Assembly: GCA_040954595.2 (NCBI GenBank)
Contig: CM082583.2
Coordinates: 1,932,925-1,996,924 of the forward strand
Reading direction: 5' to 3'
Length of the DNA stretch: 64,000 nucleotides
From: Balanoglossus misakiensis
Taxonomy: Eukaryota; Animalia; Hemichordata
Of the stretch, positions 59,879 through 64,000 are shown piece by piece. Every line of letters begins with the position of its first letter. Position 1 is the stretch's first letter. The notes beneath the pieces were generated by a model. That model did not search any database, was not told the DNA's origin, and worked only from the letters and a program-made list of their open reading frames with translations. A program made the position numbers and the translations under genes.

Positions 59879-62800
59879 GGCAGGCAGGCAGAGTTACTGG
59901 CGGACAGGCAGGCAGAGTGACAGAAAGACAGACAGACAGGCAGGCAGAGTGACAGACAGACAAACAGACAGACAGGCAGAGGGACAGACAGACAGACAGA
60001 AAGACAGACAGAAACAATGTGACTAGTTCTCTTTTACTTTGGCTACGCTTAAAGGGAGACACACATACAAACCACATCGATCTTGTCCACTTGATCCACA
60101 AGCACGGACATCAGCCTGAATGTATGTGTCGGTCTAGACTATCTCACAACCCCTCTCGCCGTCCGTGCAGGCTTATGGTCTGATTGCATGTGTGCCCGGC
60201 AAGGGGGGGGGGGCGACTCATGAACTCTGCCCTCTAGTGGCTACTAAATTGACCAACCAGAGTGCGGCATTCTGGCTCACTCATATGCGCGTCTTGTCGA
60301 CAGTAAAGGCTCGAAAAAACCCGTTTTTGAACAGAATGCGATCATCGAAATAAATCACGATCACAAATTTAGAAAGTTACATTATGTGTGGAACACCAGA
60401 CATTTTTTCTCGTATGATACTACAACCGATCATTTTCACACTTTGTCGGCCGATAAACGTAGTGCCAATGTAGGCTGATAAACACCAGTGCCGAAAGGCG
60501 GTTTTCAAACTACCGATCATTTCAAACTCTGTCGATCTTTTTAATAATAAGCCAAAGAGCGTAGTGCAGTAGCGTACCGAAAGGCCGTTTTCAAACTACC
60601 GATCTTTTTCATAATAAGCCGATATGACGGGACCGACACACGATGGACCTCCGTTTGAGCCAGACAATAGTCCCGGACACCAATACGACAAGTAGACAAT
60701 AGAAAATCACAAAGAAAATATGTTTTTTGGGGGGTCAGAACTTTTGTAAAAGTAAGGCTTCGAGGTATGAAAAGCGATTACACATCAACATGTCACGAAA
60801 ATTCAGTTCACCCACGAGGAGACGCTCACACTACGTATACTGCATCATACGAAGGTTCAGGAGCTATGCACTAGTCAGGCGTGTGCGCTATACTATACAT
60901 GCTATAGAACGGAATTGTTGCACTTGTAATCAGGGGCGATTTTGCAAAGACCCATGGGGGTACACACACCATTTTTCTAAAATAGTCAGAATATATATTG
61001 AAATTACCAAAATCGTTTCAAAATGTTACAATTATTTTTTATAAGAAAGTGCTGCACATCTTAAAACACTATAAGGGACCGTTCAGTTTTTACGGCCGGG
61101 GGGGGGGGCGGCAAAATCCAGGGGGGGTCACTTAAATTTTGAAGTCCACAAGGGGGGGGGTCATCTGTTATTTTTAAACGTTTAGGGGGGGTCACATACT
61201 TTTGCCACCGAACTTTTGCTTTTGAGTCCACAAAATTGCAGTTTCGCACCCTTTATTTTACAAAATTTTCTAATGTGGGAGGGGCACACCCCCTCCCGCA
61301 CCCACCCCCTTCATTCTCCGCCACATTTCATTTTTTGCTGGTTTGTCTAGTGTACCAGGGCAGAGTGCTTGCCACCCCAACCCCACCGATGATAATATTT
61401 AACAAAGTGAATACATAAAGGATAATAATTGTTTAAACCATTTTGCATAACTGATAGTTTCGCGCTGCATCTTCTATATACTAGAAGTTTTATAAATGAT
61501 GTCATGACAAGATGACGCCAAATCTTCAAACTTTGAGTGGAGTGGCAAAAAGTAAAATTGGTCCTCCCAAACATTGAGATAATTTGCTTTTGAGTTCATT
61601 AAAATGCAACTTTGCGCTACATATTTTACTAAATTTTCTTATGTGGGAGGGGGACACCCCCTCCCACACCCACCCCCTCCTTTCTTCGCCACATTGCATT
61701 TATTCACTGGTTTGTCTAGTGTACCAGGGAAGACTTCTTGCCACCCCACCCCCATGCTTACTTTGAGTGGAGCGGCAAAATTAAAATTTGTCCTCCCTAA
61801 CATTGAGTTAATTTGCTTTTGAGTTCATTAAATTGCAACTTTGAGCACCGTATTTTACACAATTTTCTTATGTGGGAGGGGGACACCCCCTCCCACGCCC
61901 ACACCCGCCACTTTTCTTGTTTTACCGATTCTAGCAACTATTGTATTGACTTGTCATTTTAATTTGTTCATAGATTTCTTTATTGCAATGATATACTATT
62001 ATAAACTTCAATAATACTTTAAGAAATATATAATTGAGGTGTGAGGAGCCTCATTCCCTTTATTGCATACAGTGTACATAGGATCAGGACGGCGAATGTT
62101 TTCGGCGTGGGGGGGTCATCATATTTTTGGGTCTGTCAAATGGGGGGTCATCATTTTTTGGTCCGGGTGAAGGGGGGGTCAGCCTGATTTTGAGAACCGA
62201 TGACACAAACTTGCCACCCCCCCCCCCCTGCCGTAAAAACTGAACGGTCCCTAAATTCGATGTTTATTATTTTTCCAAATTTCGGGTCACTGTAAGTTTT
62301 ATCAGTTTTCCGCAAGGTTTATCAAGATATTTCGGTAAAAATGTGTCGTTTAATAGCTTAAACTACAAACTATCGATAAATGGTGAAAATGACTGTTAAA
62401 ATACGATTATTCCGACGTAAATAAGCTTAGAAAATTACGCGGGAAATCAGCACACCACTTCCGCATTTGAAAACAAGATAACGTTGAGGGCGCTGCAAAG
62501 TTTAGAAAACACCGGTCTTGACTCCACTGTCTTGCAGGAACCCTCATTTGCTCATTGCTACATATTCACAACATACACAACATACATGTAAACAATAAAT
62601 TTATGATGATGAGACTAGAGCCAGACCATAGAGCAGTCAGACCCGTTTATTCGAAGCAAGGACAAAGTGCACTATATGCTGAGTAACGCCTGTAGGTTAT
62701 TAAACTGCAGCTTTGCCTGCGGCGTGTGTGGTAATAAATCCTGTCGGCACCCTATCAAGCGAGTCACGAAAAAACAGAGGTAAACCTTTTTCAGAAAATA

Positions 62801-64000
62801 CTCTGAAAACCTGCATCCATTTGCCATGCAAGATAGGGCTCGAGGAGTGGTGTTGGACCTCACCTGGTTACCACCAAACTTTAAAAATGTAAACATGGTT
62901 TACTCACTGAAACCTTTACAGTTGCTGGGAAATACTACAAAAACAATGTTTTACCTTTTAACCAAGAATTACATGTCAATAAAATAGGAAGCACAATCAC
63001 ACTTGTTATCTAAAACATTGCTGAAAATATCTAATTAATGCTAGTGAGAAAAATAACTTTGATGAACAAGGTCCGATAACTGCACTGCTCGAAGATCGGC
63101 CTAGAAAATGCTGAGAAATACCTCAACACGCACATGGCATTCTCCCCACTATGCCTCATTGGTCAATGCAACATTTTGACACTTTCCTATCCAATAAGAA
63201 TACAGCAAAAACTTTGAGCACGCATTAAACACTGCTTGTGTACGTGACATCAAGACAATGATTTCGAGACTTTACTAACGCGCGAAATCATATTGATTAA
63301 CGGTCATTTGCATTTTGACGAGCTAGCGTTCGCACTGATATGCGAGGTAAGATTTTGACTCAGACGTGGTTTCAAATTGGAATCAGCCTTATTTTCTGTA
63401 GTAGAATACACGAGTTTTATCTTGGAAAAACAGTAAAAACTTAAATAATATGCACACTGAAGTTCTGCTTTCGATCCGAAATTCCTTTCCATTCCGTTCA
63501 AAATCCGTGTGGTGATAAAAGCAAAACGTGGAACATTTTTTGGATTTGGAGAAACTATTTTTTATTTCGTGTGGCTATTCCGTTCCGTAAGCCTCACAAG
63601 AATATTACGAGAGCCTGTGGTGTGAACAGAATTGAACGCGCAAAGGGCCATGACCTCGTTTGAACTCTCGCATTGAGTATTCAAAAACGCAACCAGGGAC
63701 AGACCACAAAATGAACGAATTCCCCATAAAATTATTTTCTGTCATACTTAGTGGACGTAGACTATCGTCAGCCGCTTGTGTCGCTTGTAATATTATTTCC
63801 ATGGCAATGTTCCGCGTCTCTGACGCTCGACCCAGAGGTCGCGCGCGACTTCAGCCCTCTTTGGCTGCCATAGCTGGTGATCATCCTCTGTGTACCTGTG
63901 TGTACCAGAACAGAAATCACGTGACGCGTGTCTGGTGAAAATAAATTTTCCCCGTAGTACAATGTTTACTGACAATGGTGGCGTAATCGAACCCAGAACT
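56774..64000 (+). repeat. Copy B of the long direct repeat (matches 1-7227)
   Basis: Colinear near-identity with 1-7227 through the last base of the window (...TAATCGAACCCAGAACT). Confidence 0.97.
61075..62251. mobile_element. Harbinger-like MITE family 1 (the copy inside repeat copy B)
   Basis: Same TIRs, TAA TSD and flanks as 4302-5478. Confidence 0.9.

Overview
Eukaryotic, AT-rich, transposon-dense genomic DNA, probably from a marine invertebrate (inferred from the repeat and gene families). There is no prokaryotic operon structure and no CRISPR array, and almost all ORFs in the supplied track are spurious. Supportable content: (i) the first 7.2 kb recurs almost identically 56,773 bp later; (ii) one full-length but divergent 5S rRNA gene, followed by three Tx1/L1-clade retrotransposon fragments, each joined to the same ~156-bp 5S upstream spacer at its 3' end and to the first 30-38 nt of 5S at its 5' end; (iii) a 10.3-kb array of seven Helentron/DINE-1-like non-autonomous elements with signs of inserting into each other; (iv) a disrupted Crypton-type (DUF3504) tyrosine recombinase and several Crypton-like palindromic elements; (v) four 5' exons of a VWA7-like (Het-C-domain) secreted-protein gene and a galactose-3-O-sulfotransferase-like pseudogene fragment; (vi) degraded RTE-X-like and L2-like LINEs; (vii) many MITEs with readable TIRs and TSDs (Harbinger-, pogo-, P-, Mutator- and AcademH-like). 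Family names come from motif recognition by eye, not database searches.
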